Shown in pieces: positions 18,832 through 28,187 of a stretch of 32,000 bases of DNA. Made by a program: the position numbers and the translations under genes. The notes under the pieces were generated by a model. The model ran no database searches and was not told where the DNA came from. It worked only from the letters and a program-made list of their open reading frames with translations. This stretch comes from Candidatus Arthromitus sp. SFB-rat-Yit (lineage in GTDB: Bacteria > Bacillota > Clostridia > Clostridiales > Clostridiaceae), in assembly GCF_000283555.1 (NCBI RefSeq), contig NC_016012.1:810001-842000 (forward strand). Reading direction: 5' to 3'. Positions within the stretch are counted from its first letter, which is position 1; every line of letters begins with the position of its first letter.

Positions 18832-20113
18832 CTATAATCACTCCTTTACTTTTCTTATGTTCATTTTCATCAAATCCGTAGCTCCTCTTAGATCTTAATC
18901 CCATATTATAGAAAAGCTTAATCAAAAATCTAGTTATAACTATAGAACTAAACATACTTAGAACTATACCTATTAGTAGAGTTGTTGCAAAACCTTTTAC
19001 ACTACCTGTACCAATAAAATATAAAACTAGACCTGCTATTATAGTTGTAATGTTAGAGTCTAGGATAGAATTCATAGCCTTATCAAAACCGATTTTGATA
19101 GATACTTTAACTGACTTTCCCTTTGTTAATTCTTCCCTTATTCTCTCAAATATCAAAATATTAGAATCAATAGCCATTCCCAAAGTTAATAATATACCAG
19201 CTATACCTGGCAATGTCAGTACAGCACCTATAATTGCAAATACAAATAAAAACAAGATCATATATATCGCTAAAGAAAATACGGAAATAATTCCAGGAAA
19301 TCTATATCTAATAAACATAATGATTAATATAAAAACAAATCCTATTAAACCAGCCTTTATTGTATTTGGAAGAGATTCTGCTCCTAATGTCGGACCAACC
19401 TTATTCACAGATATAGTATTAAGTGTAACTGGCAATGCTCCTGATTGAATAATACTTGCAATTTTATTAGCCTCTTCAAAACTCATTGATCCTTCTATTA
19501 CTGCTTCTCCATCAGTTATTTGAGTATTAACCACAGGCTTTGTTAATATCTGGTCGTCCATACTTATTTCTATAATTTTATTTATATTTTTACCTGTGGC
19601 TTCAGCAAATTTTTTCGTGCCTTCATCAGTAAATTTTAGTTGTATTATTGCTTTCCCATCTTGCGTTAAAACTGCAGTAGCATTTTTAACATCGCTACCA
19701 GTGAGCAGTACATTTCCTTCTTCATCTTTAAAATTTAATTGACCCGTAGATGTCAGAGTTTTAACTATATCATTAGAATCAAATTCACCCGCAAGATCAA
19801 TTCTTATACGATTACTTCCCTCTATAGTAACAACAGGTTCGCTCAGTCCAAATTTATTAACTCTTAAAGATAATAACTCTCTAGTATTTTGAAGTGTTTC
19901 TTTGGTTACATTTTCATCAACTATTTCTTGTAAAACAGAAACTCCACCCTGAAGATCTAATCCCTTTAGTATAGAATCATTAAAATTCTTAAATTTGTAT
20001 CCTAAAATTTCAAATCCCTTAAATCCCCAAAATGTACAAAATAAAAATAATAATAACACTAAAATAAAAATAAATAGTGAGGATCCTTTCGAAGTAAGTT
20101 TATCTTTTTTCAC
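18809..20113 (-). CDS. secD: Protein translocase subunit SecD
   Basis: GLDLQGGVSVLQEIV, LTLGMAIDSNILIFERIREEL. GTG start at 20113 preceded by gaggaggt is preferred over the track start at 20128. Confidence 0.94.
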   Translation of the reverse strand: MKKDKLTSKGSSLFIFILVLLLFLFCTFWGFKGFEILGYKFKNFNDSILKGLDLQGGVSVLQEIVDENVTKETLQNTRELLSLRVNKFGLSEPVVTIEGSNRIRIDLAGEFDSNDIVKTLTSTGQLNFKDEEGNVLLTGSDVKNATAVLTQDGKAIIQLKFTDEGTKKFAEATGKNINKIIEISMDDQILTKPVVNTQITDGEAVIEGSMSFEEANKIASIIQSGALPVTLNTISVNKVGPTLGAESLPNTIKAGLIGFVFILIIMFIRYRFPGIISVFSLAIYMILFLFVFAIIGAVLTLPGIAGILLTLGMAIDSNILIFERIREELTKGKSVKVSIKIGFDKAMNSILDSNITTIIAGLVLYFIGTGSVKGFATTLLIGIVLSMFSSIVITRFLIKLFYNMGLRSKRSYGFDENEHKKSKGVIIDEHNEKI

Positions 20114-20159
20114 AATGTACCTCCTCAAATAGACTTATCCTATAGTAATAATAATTTTA

Positions 20160-21548
20160 TTAACTAGTCACTTTTTCCTTAGACTTTTCATATGCTTTTA
20201 ATGCTATAGCCATTTCAATTCTTTTTTTCTGTAACTTACATCCTATTTTATATGGATTTAATATAGAATTTGTAAATTCATGATTATTAGCCTGACATCC
20301 TCCACTACAATAAAATCTAGCCCAACACTTATTACAATCTTCCTTTTTATATATATTAGCTTCTTTAAATTCATTTATAATTTGGGGTTCTGATATTTTA
20401 TCCTTATACAAAGAATTTATATTTCCAATAACAAACTCTCTCTTACCAACAAATTGATGGCATGGATAAATATCACCACTTGGAGTAACAGCTATATATT
20501 CGAATCCAGCACCACATGCAGAAACTCTTTTGTATACACAAGGACCTCCTTGTAAATTTATATTATAATGATAAAAATTAACCTTTTTACCTTCATCAAT
20601 AGAATCTCTCAAATATCTATAAATTTTATCATACTCATCATAAATTTGTTCTAAATCTTCAAAGCGTATGGATATTTCCTCATTTTCTTTTACAACAACT
20701 GGTTCAAGAGAAATTTCCTTAAATCCTTTATCAACTAAATGTAAAAAATCATTTGAAAAATCTAAATTTTGATGCGTATAAGTGCCTCTTACATAGTATT
20801 CCTGACCTTCCTCTCTCCCATCTACAAGTTTCTTAATCTTATCAATTATAATATCGTAAGACCCAGTTCCTACCGCTGTCAATCTCATATTGTCATTAAC
20901 TTCTTTTCTACCATCTATTGACAATATTATATTTTTCATATTTTTATTTAAATATTCACTAATTTCATCGTTTAATAAAATTCCATTTGTTGTTAGTGTA
21001 AATCTTATGTTTTTATTAACTTTCTTCTCTATACTTCTTGCGTATTCTACTAATTTCTTTATCATATCAAATGCCATAAGTGGTTCACCACCAAATAAAT
21101 CAACTTCGATGTTATATCTTGGACCACTTTGGCTTATCAAAAAATCTAACGCTCTCTTAGCAACATCTAGAGTCATTATTTCTCTTTTTCCTTTATATTC
21201 GCCTTCATCTGCAAAACAATATTTACACTTTAAATTACAATCATGAACGACATTTAAGCACATTGCTTTCATATATTCTTGCTCATTATTTATTCTTACC
21301 TTCTCTTCATACATATCTTTCGTATACAAAACATTATCATTAATCAATTCTTGTATCTCTAATAAAACTTCATCTAAATCTTGTTTTAAGTATTTATCTC
21401 CAAATTTGTCCATAGCTTCATTTAATGTAAGTGGCTTGTCCGATCCCAATACATCATAAGTAATTTCATCAATTTCCATAAGAGATCCTGTGTTAACATC
21501 TAAAACATATCTTAAATCATCTATAAAAAATTTGTGAATCAATTCCAT
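20160..21548 (-). CDS. scfB: Radical SAM/SPASM thioether-forming SCIFF peptide maturase
   Basis: N-terminal precursor-binding-like region, radical SAM motif CNLKCKYCFADEGEYKG, SPASM region CGAGFEYIAVTPSGDIYPCHQFVG...CNKCWARFYCSGGCQANN; directly downstream of the six-Cys peptide gene. Confidence 0.93.
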   Translation of the reverse strand: MELIHKFFIDDLRYVLDVNTGSLMEIDEITYDVLGSDKPLTLNEAMDKFGDKYLKQDLDEVLLEIQELINDNVLYTKDMYEEKVRINNEQEYMKAMCLNVVHDCNLKCKYCFADEGEYKGKREIMTLDVAKRALDFLISQSGPRYNIEVDLFGGEPLMAFDMIKKLVEYARSIEKKVNKNIRFTLTTNGILLNDEISEYLNKNMKNIILSIDGRKEVNDNMRLTAVGTGSYDIIIDKIKKLVDGREEGQEYYVRGTYTHQNLDFSNDFLHLVDKGFKEISLEPVVVKENEEISIRFEDLEQIYDEYDKIYRYLRDSIDEGKKVNFYHYNINLQGGPCVYKRVSACGAGFEYIAVTPSGDIYPCHQFVGKREFVIGNINSLYKDKISEPQIINEFKEANIYKKEDCNKCWARFYCSGGCQANNHEFTNSILNPYKIGCKLQKKRIEMAIALKAYEKSKEKVTS

Positions 21549-21580
21549 AATACTTTACCTCCGTAATCATATAAAAAATA

Positions 21581-21605
21581 AATAGACCGATCAAATCAGC
21601 CTATT
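21581..21605 (-). terminator. Terminator-like hairpin/attenuator between scfA and scfB
   Basis: Reverse strand AATAGGCTGAT-TTG-ATCGGTCTATT: 11-bp stem (two G-T pairs), 3-nt loop, followed by TTATTTTTTATAT. Confidence 0.65.
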
Positions 21606-21662
21606 TCAATACTTCCAAAAATTATCTGTCATATAGGTTGACAAATTGTAATTTATGCTCAA

Positions 21663-21800
21663 TTATTTTTCACAAACTATATTTGCTACTGTACAAGAGG
21701 TCTTACACGCAGATTGGCAAGAATTTGCACATTCTTTACAATTTGTATCTTTTATAGTATCTTTTATAGTATTTTTAACTAAAATTTTAATATGTTTCAC
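21663..21800 (-). CDS. scfA: SCIFF (six-cysteines-in-forty-five) ribosomally synthesised precursor peptide
   Basis: Manual translation of the reverse strand from GTG at 21800 (RBS ggaggt, 7-nt spacer): MKHIKILVKNTIKDTIKDTNCKECANSCQSACKTSCTVANIVCEK*, 45 residues with 6 Cys, ending in the SCIFF-characteristic SCQSACKTSCTVAN..CE. Not in the supplied track, which lists only ORFs of roughly 60 aa or more. Confidence 0.96.
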   Translation of the reverse strand: MKHIKILVKNTIKDTIKDTNCKECANSCQSACKTSCTVANIVCEK

Positions 21801-21831
21801 TAAAATTACCTCCAAAAATAAACTCCCCAAA

Positions 21832-21840
21832 ATTATAACA
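21832..21840 (-). promoter_or_regulatory. Putative extended -10 promoter of scfA
   Basis: Reverse strand TGtTATAAT (perfect extended -10), between the upstream terminator and the scfA RBS; the -35 region (TAGATG) is weak. Confidence 0.55.
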
Positions 21841-21884
21841 TATTTAATTCTTTACATCTAGAATTATTATTTTCATAAAACTAT

Positions 21885-21921
21885 ATAAAAAGTTCGATAG
21901 AATTAAATATTACTATCGAAC
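21885..21921 (-). terminator. Rho-independent terminator after the surface-protein gene
   Basis: Perfect 9-bp inverted repeat GTTCGATAG/CTATCGAAC with a 12-nt loop, then TTTTTATAT on the minus strand. Confidence 0.8.
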
Positions 21922-21940
21922 CTTATTACAATTTTATCTA

Positions 21941-23869
21941 TTAAATCTTTTCTGTTTCTGTAGTAGATTGTGGATTAGAATCATCAAATAAAAATTTCAC
22001 TTTTTTATCAAACTCATCTGAATTTACCATTTCGTTTGCAATCTTAATTAAGACTGATGAATCATCATTTTCTTCAGCAAATAACTCTTTATAACGATTA
22101 GTCCAAAATTCAAATCCAGCATCATCAGGCTCACGATTAACTATCACTCGATAAAGACCTTTTATTTTATCATCAACTGTTTTGTTTTTATTAGTAAATT
22201 CATTCTCAGATAAGAGGTTTATTACAAAACTTTTAGGTGATACAGTCTTATTTCCAATTTCATTTACCCAATAAGCAAATCCCACCTCATCAGCATCTCT
22301 ATCTAAAGCATTTCCATATACTTCAGCTACAAAATCTCTTACTTTATCAATACCACCTTTTGTTTTGAACTGTGATATATCAATAGTTTGATTAACAGAA
22401 TTTTCATCCTTATAAGTTATAGTAAGATTTTTGTATATCTTACTTGGAACAAGTCCTTCTAATTTAAGTCTAGATGTACCATCAAATGATACTTTTATTC
22501 CTTTAGTATTAATAGAAATATCTTTAGCTTTCTTAAATCTATCTATTAAAGTTTGGTTGCTTAAAAGAATTGAAATACTTGTATCTGATATATCTGACCT
22601 AGTTATATCAGTAGATGTTATACTTAATATCTCAGTTTTATTATTAGTCATATTATTAGAAGATGTTCCAGAGCTTGATTCTAAAGTTTTAAATGTTTGT
22701 CTAGAAATTTCATTACCCAAATTATCAAATAAAGCAGCAATATAATTTGTATTTTGAGATAAATTATTTATCGTATATGATTGCTTTTTATGTTCTGCTC
22801 CGTCTAAAACAAGTTTTTCCTTAACAGTTCCAGATTCTTCTCTAATCTCAAGAGTTAACGGATATTGTTTATTCCCATTTTTATCATTACCATTTGTTCC
22901 AAAAAAAACATCAAAAGTTACACTATTTGAATCAAGTCTTGACCTTTCAAAATTAAATGTATTAAGTTGTGTATTAAACGTAATATCTAATAATCCATCT
23001 GCTTCACTTATAAAATATTCATTATTTTGTTTATCTGTACCTTTAAGAGCAATACCAACAAAACAACTGTATCCACTTTGTAAATCGTTAAAAGTTAAGT
23101 CTTCAATTTTATATTCACCATTACCTATTTTGTCAACTTTAGCCGTTTGTTCCATTGCTTGCTGTGAAATAGCTATATGTCCAATTGTAATTTGAACATC
23201 CAAATTATCCAATTCAATAGATGTATTTAATAAACCAGATAAAGTTATAGAATCTTGTCCAATAACTTTACTTGTAAAATCAAATTTAATTCCGTCTTTC
23301 AATTGATCAAGATTCAAAATACCCTCATTAAATTTACATGAATTAAATGTAACTTGTGTATTAGAAGCTATATCAAACATCGGTTCATTTAAATCCTTAT
23401 TTGAAACCAACATCCCACTAATATTTAAAGGATTATTAGTTTCTATTCTTATTAAAGGACCTTTCACTTCATCATCTCTTGTTACTTCTAATAAATCATT
23501 AACATTTAAACTAGTAACATCATCACCTATTACTAAGGAACTATTATTACTAATTAAGATCTCTACAAGTTCTTCTTTTTTTGTTTTTTCTTCAATAGCA
23601 TCAACAATTTTTTTAGTTAATTTAACTTGTCCTATTATAATCAAAGACCCATTGTCATTTATTCCTTTAATAAAATCTTCTTCACTTGTTTCAGATGTAA
23701 TTTCTATTGGTTTTGATTCTGAAGGATTTCTATCATTTTTATTCTTTGAAACAACAGAATTTTGCATATTATTTGCAACTTCACTAGCCATAACATTAAT
23801 AGAATTAGGTACTAAAACTAGTCCAACCATAACACTTAAAAGTAACTTTGATATTTTTTTAAATAACAT
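21941..23869 (-). CDS. Secreted surface protein with tandem C-terminal DUF4214-like repeats
   Basis: Signal peptide MLFKKISKLLLSVMVGLVLVPNSINVMA. C-terminal units FVAEVYGNALDRDADEVGFAYWVNEI and IKGLYRVIVNREPDDAGFEFWTNRY match the DUF4214 consensus FVxxlYxxxLgRxpDxxGxxyW. No LPXTG motif or C-terminal TM segment. Confidence 0.85.
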   Translation of the reverse strand: MLFKKISKLLLSVMVGLVLVPNSINVMASEVANNMQNSVVSKNKNDRNPSESKPIEITSETSEEDFIKGINDNGSLIIIGQVKLTKKIVDAIEEKTKKEELVEILISNNSSLVIGDDVTSLNVNDLLEVTRDDEVKGPLIRIETNNPLNISGMLVSNKDLNEPMFDIASNTQVTFNSCKFNEGILNLDQLKDGIKFDFTSKVIGQDSITLSGLLNTSIELDNLDVQITIGHIAISQQAMEQTAKVDKIGNGEYKIEDLTFNDLQSGYSCFVGIALKGTDKQNNEYFISEADGLLDITFNTQLNTFNFERSRLDSNSVTFDVFFGTNGNDKNGNKQYPLTLEIREESGTVKEKLVLDGAEHKKQSYTINNLSQNTNYIAALFDNLGNEISRQTFKTLESSSGTSSNNMTNNKTEILSITSTDITRSDISDTSISILLSNQTLIDRFKKAKDISINTKGIKVSFDGTSRLKLEGLVPSKIYKNLTITYKDENSVNQTIDISQFKTKGGIDKVRDFVAEVYGNALDRDADEVGFAYWVNEIGNKTVSPKSFVINLLSENEFTNKNKTVDDKIKGLYRVIVNREPDDAGFEFWTNRYKELFAEENDDSSVLIKIANEMVNSDEFDKKVKFLFDDSNPQSTTETEKI

Positions 23870-23904
23870 TTAATCAATATCTCCTTATAATAAAAATTGA
23901 TACT

Positions 23905-23933
23905 ATTGTAACATTTTTTATTTATAATTACAA
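23905..23933 (-). promoter_or_regulatory. Putative promoter of the DUF4214 surface-protein gene
   Basis: Reverse strand: -35 TTGTAA (23933..23928), 17-bp spacer ending in TGt, -10 TACAAT (23910..23905). Confidence 0.6.
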
Positions 23934-23950
23934 TGTATGCTGAAAATATA

Positions 23951-23985
23951 AATAAAAAAAGGAAAGCCTGAATTAACTTTCCCTT
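23951..23985 (-). terminator. Rho-independent terminator after yajC
   Basis: Reverse strand AAGGGAAAG...CTTTCCTTT (9 bp including one G-T pair), 10-nt loop, then TTTTTATTT. Confidence 0.75.
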
Positions 23986-23990
23986 CTGTG

Positions 23991-24296
23991 TTACGCATTA
24001 TTAGACTCATTTTCAATTTTTTCTATAGATTCTGAAGCAATCGTTCCTATAGAATTTTTCAAAAAAGTTAATCTTGTTTTATCTGGACCTGTTTCTAAAA
24101 CCACTTCATTTTTATCATTATCTATTGAAATAACTTTAGCAACAATTCCACCTCTAGTAACAACCTTATCATTAACTTTTATATTATCCAACATTGATTG
24201 ATACTTCTTTCTTCTTCTTGTTTCTGGAAGTATCATTATTACATATAAAATTATTAAAAACCCTATAGGTATAAGTAGGTTAACAAAAGAACTCAT
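23991..24296 (-). CDS. yajC: Preprotein translocase subunit YajC
   Basis: N-terminal TM segment followed by MILPETRRRKKYQSMLDNIKVNDKVVTRGGIVAKV. Confidence 0.93.
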   Translation of the reverse strand: MSSFVNLLIPIGFLIILYVIMILPETRRRKKYQSMLDNIKVNDKVVTRGGIVAKVISIDNDKNEVVLETGPDKTRLTFLKNSIGTIASESIEKIENESNNA

Positions 24297-24308
24297 AAAA
24301 ATCTCCTT

Positions 24309-25436
24309 TTAGTGTATTCCCCATTCTCTAAACTTTTGATTCTTGAAATTAGAGAATTGATTTAATTCAATAGCTTTTCTACTCTCTTCTAATAGTTTAT
24401 TATAAAAATTCAAATTATGCAATACACATAATCTCATGGATAACATTTCCTTAGATTTAAATAGATGACGTATGTATGCTCTAGAATAATTTTCACATGC
24501 CTCACAAGAACATTTTTCATCAATAGGTCTATCATCAAGTTCAAATTTTTTATTAATTAAATTTATTTTGCCTGTACTAGTAAAAAGTTGTCCATGCCTC
24601 CCATTCCTTGCTGGCAAAACACAATCAAAGAAATCAACACCTCTATATATCGATTCTAAAATATTTTCAGGAGTACCTACACCCATTAAATATATTGGCT
24701 TATGTTTTGGTAAATATGGAACTACTTCATCTATAATATGATACATTTCTTCTTTCGTTTCACCAACTGCCAATCCACCTATAGCATACCCAGGCAAATC
24801 TAAATCGGAAATTTGTTTAGCATGTTCAATTCTTATATCAGAATATACACCACCTTGATTAATTCCAAATAAAAGTTGATTAGGATTAATGGTATCATCC
24901 ATCTTATTTAACCTGTCCATTTCAGCAATACATCTCTTTAGCCATCTAGTAGTACGAAAAACAGAATCAATAACATAACTTCTTTCGGAAGGATTTGGTA
25001 TACACTCATCAAATGCCATCGCTATTGTAGAAGCCAAATTACTTTGTATTTTCATACTCTCTTCTGGTCCAATAAAAATTTTTTTGCCATCTAAGTGTGA
25101 ATTAAACTCTACTCGCTCTTCTGTTATTTTTCTAAATTTAGAAAGTGAAAAAATTTGAAAACCACCAGAATCAGTTAAAATTGGTTTGTTCCAATTAATA
25201 AATTTATGTAGTCCTCCCATTTTTTTTATATTTTCATCACCAGGTCTAAGATGCAAATGATATGTATTGGATAATTCAACTTGACAATCTATTTTATTTA
25301 AATCCATAGTTGAAACTGCACCTTTAACAACCCCTTGCGTACCAACATTCATGAAAACCGGCGTTTGAATTGTACCATGTACTGTCTTAAATTCACCACG
25401 TCTAGCCCTACCATCTACATTCAATAATTTATACAT
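24309..25436 (-). CDS. tgt: Queuine/preQ1 tRNA-ribosyltransferase
   Basis: GRARRGEF, PVFMNVGTQGVVKG, LTDSGGFQIFSL, DIGGLAVGE-like GYAIGGLAVGE, zinc ligands CSCEAC. ATG at 25436 with gaggag RBS is preferred over 25451. Confidence 0.95.
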   Translation of the reverse strand: MYKLLNVDGRARRGEFKTVHGTIQTPVFMNVGTQGVVKGAVSTMDLNKIDCQVELSNTYHLHLRPGDENIKKMGGLHKFINWNKPILTDSGGFQIFSLSKFRKITEERVEFNSHLDGKKIFIGPEESMKIQSNLASTIAMAFDECIPNPSERSYVIDSVFRTTRWLKRCIAEMDRLNKMDDTINPNQLLFGINQGGVYSDIRIEHAKQISDLDLPGYAIGGLAVGETKEEMYHIIDEVVPYLPKHKPIYLMGVGTPENILESIYRGVDFFDCVLPARNGRHGQLFTSTGKINLINKKFELDDRPIDEKCSCEACENYSRAYIRHLFKSKEMLSMRLCVLHNLNFYNKLLEESRKAIELNQFSNFKNQKFREWGIH

Positions 25437-25465
25437 AAATACTCCTCTCAAAAAACATATCTGGA

Positions 25466-26488
25466 TTAAATTATAATCATACTATCACCAAAACTAAAAA
25501 ATCGATACTCATTTAATATTGCTTCTTCATAAGCAGTCAATATTTTTTCTCTGTTATAAAATGCACTAATTAATATAATAAGCGTAGATTTAGGTAAATG
25601 AAAATTAGTTATTAGAGAGTCAACAGCGCTAAACTTATATCCAGGTTTTATAAAAATATCTGTATATCCCTTTTCTCCTACACATTTACCATTTTTACTA
25701 AATACAGTTTCAAGTACCCTAACAGTTGTAGTTCCAACAGATACAATTTTATTTCCTTTAGATTTTGCTAAATTAATAAACTCCGCAGCTTCATTGCTAA
25801 TTTCATAATACTCAGAGTGCATATTATGATTATCTATATCATTTGTCTTAACTGGCAAAAAAGTACCCAATCCAACATGCAAAGTTATATATACAATTTT
25901 TACACCTTTATTTCTTATTTTAAGCAATAATTCATTTGTAAAATGGAGTCCTGCTGTAGGAGCAGCAATTGATCCTATTTTATTCGAATAAACAGTTTGA
26001 TACTTTTCTTTATCTTCCAACACATCTTTTATGTATGGTGGTAATGGAATGGTTCCATTTTTATTTAAAATATCATATATTTCCCCATCATAAGTAAAAT
26101 TAACAATCCTATTACCATCTGGATTTATACCTATTACTTCCATTTCAATTTTACCATTTATAAAATGAAATTTTTTGCCAACTAAAGCTCTCTTCCCAGG
26201 TTTACACATAACTTCCCAAATTTTACCTTCTATATTTTTAACTAATAGAACTTCTATCTTTCCACCATAACTGCTTTCTCCATAAATTCTAGCCGGAAAA
26301 ACTCTCGTATCATTTAAAACCAATACATCATCTTTATTCATATAATTAATTACATTTACAAACTCACTATGTACAATATTTCCGTTCTTTCTATCAACAA
26401 CCATTAACTTAGATGCATCTCTGTTCTTTAATGGTTTCTGGGCTATAAGTCTTTCTGGTAAATCAAAATCAAATAAAGCTATATCCAT
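25466..26488 (-). CDS. queA: S-adenosylmethionine:tRNA ribosyltransferase-isomerase
   Basis: DFDLPERLIAQ, LNDTRVFPARI, PPYIK, AAPTAGLHFT, HVGLGTFLPV. Confidence 0.95.
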   Translation of the reverse strand: MDIALFDFDLPERLIAQKPLKNRDASKLMVVDRKNGNIVHSEFVNVINYMNKDDVLVLNDTRVFPARIYGESSYGGKIEVLLVKNIEGKIWEVMCKPGKRALVGKKFHFINGKIEMEVIGINPDGNRIVNFTYDGEIYDILNKNGTIPLPPYIKDVLEDKEKYQTVYSNKIGSIAAPTAGLHFTNELLLKIRNKGVKIVYITLHVGLGTFLPVKTNDIDNHNMHSEYYEISNEAAEFINLAKSKGNKIVSVGTTTVRVLETVFSKNGKCVGEKGYTDIFIKPGYKFSAVDSLITNFHLPKSTLIILISAFYNREKILTAYEEAILNEYRFFSFGDSMIII

Positions 26489-26501
26489 AAATTACCTCAT
26501 A

Positions 26502-27491
26502 TTATCTATTAATATTAAAATATTTGTAAGTCTTATCAGTTGCTACTCTACCTCTTGATGTTCTAATAATAAAACCTTGTTGTATAAGAAAAGGTTCATA
26601 AACATCTTCCAAAGTGCTGGTTTCTTCTGACAAGAAATGTGCTATAGTTTCAATCCCTGTAGGTCCTCCTTTAAAATTAAAAACTAAAGCATATAAAATT
26701 CTCCTATCTATTTTATCTAGTCCAAACTCATCGATTTCCAAAAGATCTAATGCATATCTAACCAATTCTAGATCAACAAAATTGTTTTTTTTAACTTGTG
26801 CAAAGTCACGAACTCTTTTTAAAATTCTATTAGCAACCCTTGGCGTACCTCGAGAACGTTTCGCTATTTCAATAGCTGCCTCATCAGTTATATCAATAAA
26901 TAAAATTCGAGATGACCTAACTATTATTTCCCTCAACTCATCATTTGTATAATAATCCATTGCCAGTAATACACCAAATCTATCTCTCAAAGGGGGCGTT
27001 AAAAGTCCCAATCTAGTAGTTGCTCCGACTAAAGTAAACCTAGCTAAATCTATTCTTATCGATTTAGCTTGTGGACCTTTACCAATAATTATATCCAGGG
27101 CATAATCTTCCATGGCACTATATAAAATTTCTTCAACCGTACGACTCAATCTATGTATTTCATCTATAAACAGTACTTCCTTCTCTTCAAGAGATGTTAA
27201 TATTGCTGCTAAATCTCCTATTTTTTCTATAGCGGGAGCTGAGGTTATCTTAATGTTACTATTCATTTCTTTAGAAATAATGGTAGCAAGCGTAGTTTTA
27301 CCAAGTCCAGGTGGACCATAAAATAAAACATGATCTAATGAGTCACCTCTAATATTGGCTGCTTCAATAAACACTTTTAAATTATTCTTAACCTTACCCT
27401 GTCCTATATATTCATCAAAGCTTACAGGTCTTAAACTATATTCTTTTGAATCATTTATAGAAAATGATGTGTTAACCAATCTGTCATCCAT
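26502..27491 (-). CDS. ruvB: Holliday junction branch migration helicase RuvB
   Basis: [57 protein letters not shown]. Confidence 0.97.
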   Translation of the reverse strand: MDDRLVNTSFSINDSKEYSLRPVSFDEYIGQGKVKNNLKVFIEAANIRGDSLDHVLFYGPPGLGKTTLATIISKEMNSNIKITSAPAIEKIGDLAAILTSLEEKEVLFIDEIHRLSRTVEEILYSAMEDYALDIIIGKGPQAKSIRIDLARFTLVGATTRLGLLTPPLRDRFGVLLAMDYYTNDELREIIVRSSRILFIDITDEAAIEIAKRSRGTPRVANRILKRVRDFAQVKKNNFVDLELVRYALDLLEIDEFGLDKIDRRILYALVFNFKGGPTGIETIAHFLSEETSTLEDVYEPFLIQQGFIIRTSRGRVATDKTYKYFNINR

Positions 27492-27495
27492 AACA

Positions 27496-28095
27496 TCACC
27501 TCATTAAATTTTTCAAGCACTCTTTTATTATAAATTCCAGCGGCTCATAAGGAAATTTTTTCACTACTTCATTTAACACTTTATTTACACTTTTATCATC
27601 AAACCCCAAAGATAATAACGCCTCCTTCGATTCGGATAAAATATCATTGGATTTGTGATCAACAATAATTTCACTCACCTTATCATAACTTCCTAGCACA
27701 ATCTTATCCTTTAATTCAAGTATTATTCGCTGTGCTGTTTTTTTTCCAACACCATTTGCTTTCATCAACATAGATTCATCAGAATAATAAATAGCCTCTT
27801 TAAGTGTATCAACAGTATTAATCGACAATATTGACAAAGCAGCTTTAGCTCCGATTCCACTTATATTTATTAATTTTAAAAACATATCTAATTCATCATG
27901 ATTTATAAACCCATACAAACCTATAAAATCTTCTCTAACTATTTGTTCAACGTAAAGTTTAATCTTTTTATCTATATCTGGCATCGAGCAAATACTATTT
28001 CCCGATGTAAAAATTTTATATCCTATACCATTATTTTCTATAATTACATAGTCTTTATTTAAACCTTTATAAATTCCCTCTATATACTCGTACAT
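27496..28095 (-). CDS. ruvA: Holliday junction branch migration protein RuvA
   Basis: N-terminal [29 protein letters not shown], HhH region [19 protein letters not shown] and [18 protein letters not shown]. Confidence 0.95.
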   Translation of the reverse strand: MYEYIEGIYKGLNKDYVIIENNGIGYKIFTSGNSICSMPDIDKKIKLYVEQIVREDFIGLYGFINHDELDMFLKLINISGIGAKAALSILSINTVDTLKEAIYYSDESMLMKANGVGKKTAQRIILELKDKIVLGSYDKVSEIIVDHKSNDILSESKEALLSLGFDDKSVNKVLNEVVKKFPYEPLEFIIKECLKNLMR

Positions 28096-28187
28096 ACATC
28101 ATAACCTTTTCAAATTTTGAAATTAATTATTTTAATATTAATTTAACACTCGTAATAACTTTTTTCAACTAAACTTAATTAAATTGG

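Noticed and set aside
21655-21861. Plus-strand 68-aa ORF listed in the track
   Set aside because: It is antisense to the well-supported scfA gene, has no recognisable similarity and a low-complexity hydrophobic end; it is a shadow ORF.
22431-22745. Plus-strand 104-aa ORF inside the surface-protein gene
   Set aside because: Antisense to a convincing secreted-protein ORF. The Leu/Val/Ile-rich composition reflects reverse reading of Asn/Asp/Thr/Lys codons.
28110-28145. AAATTAAT...ATTAATTT inverted repeat between bofC-like gene and ruvA
   Set aside because: Consists only of A/T and is expected by chance in this composition.
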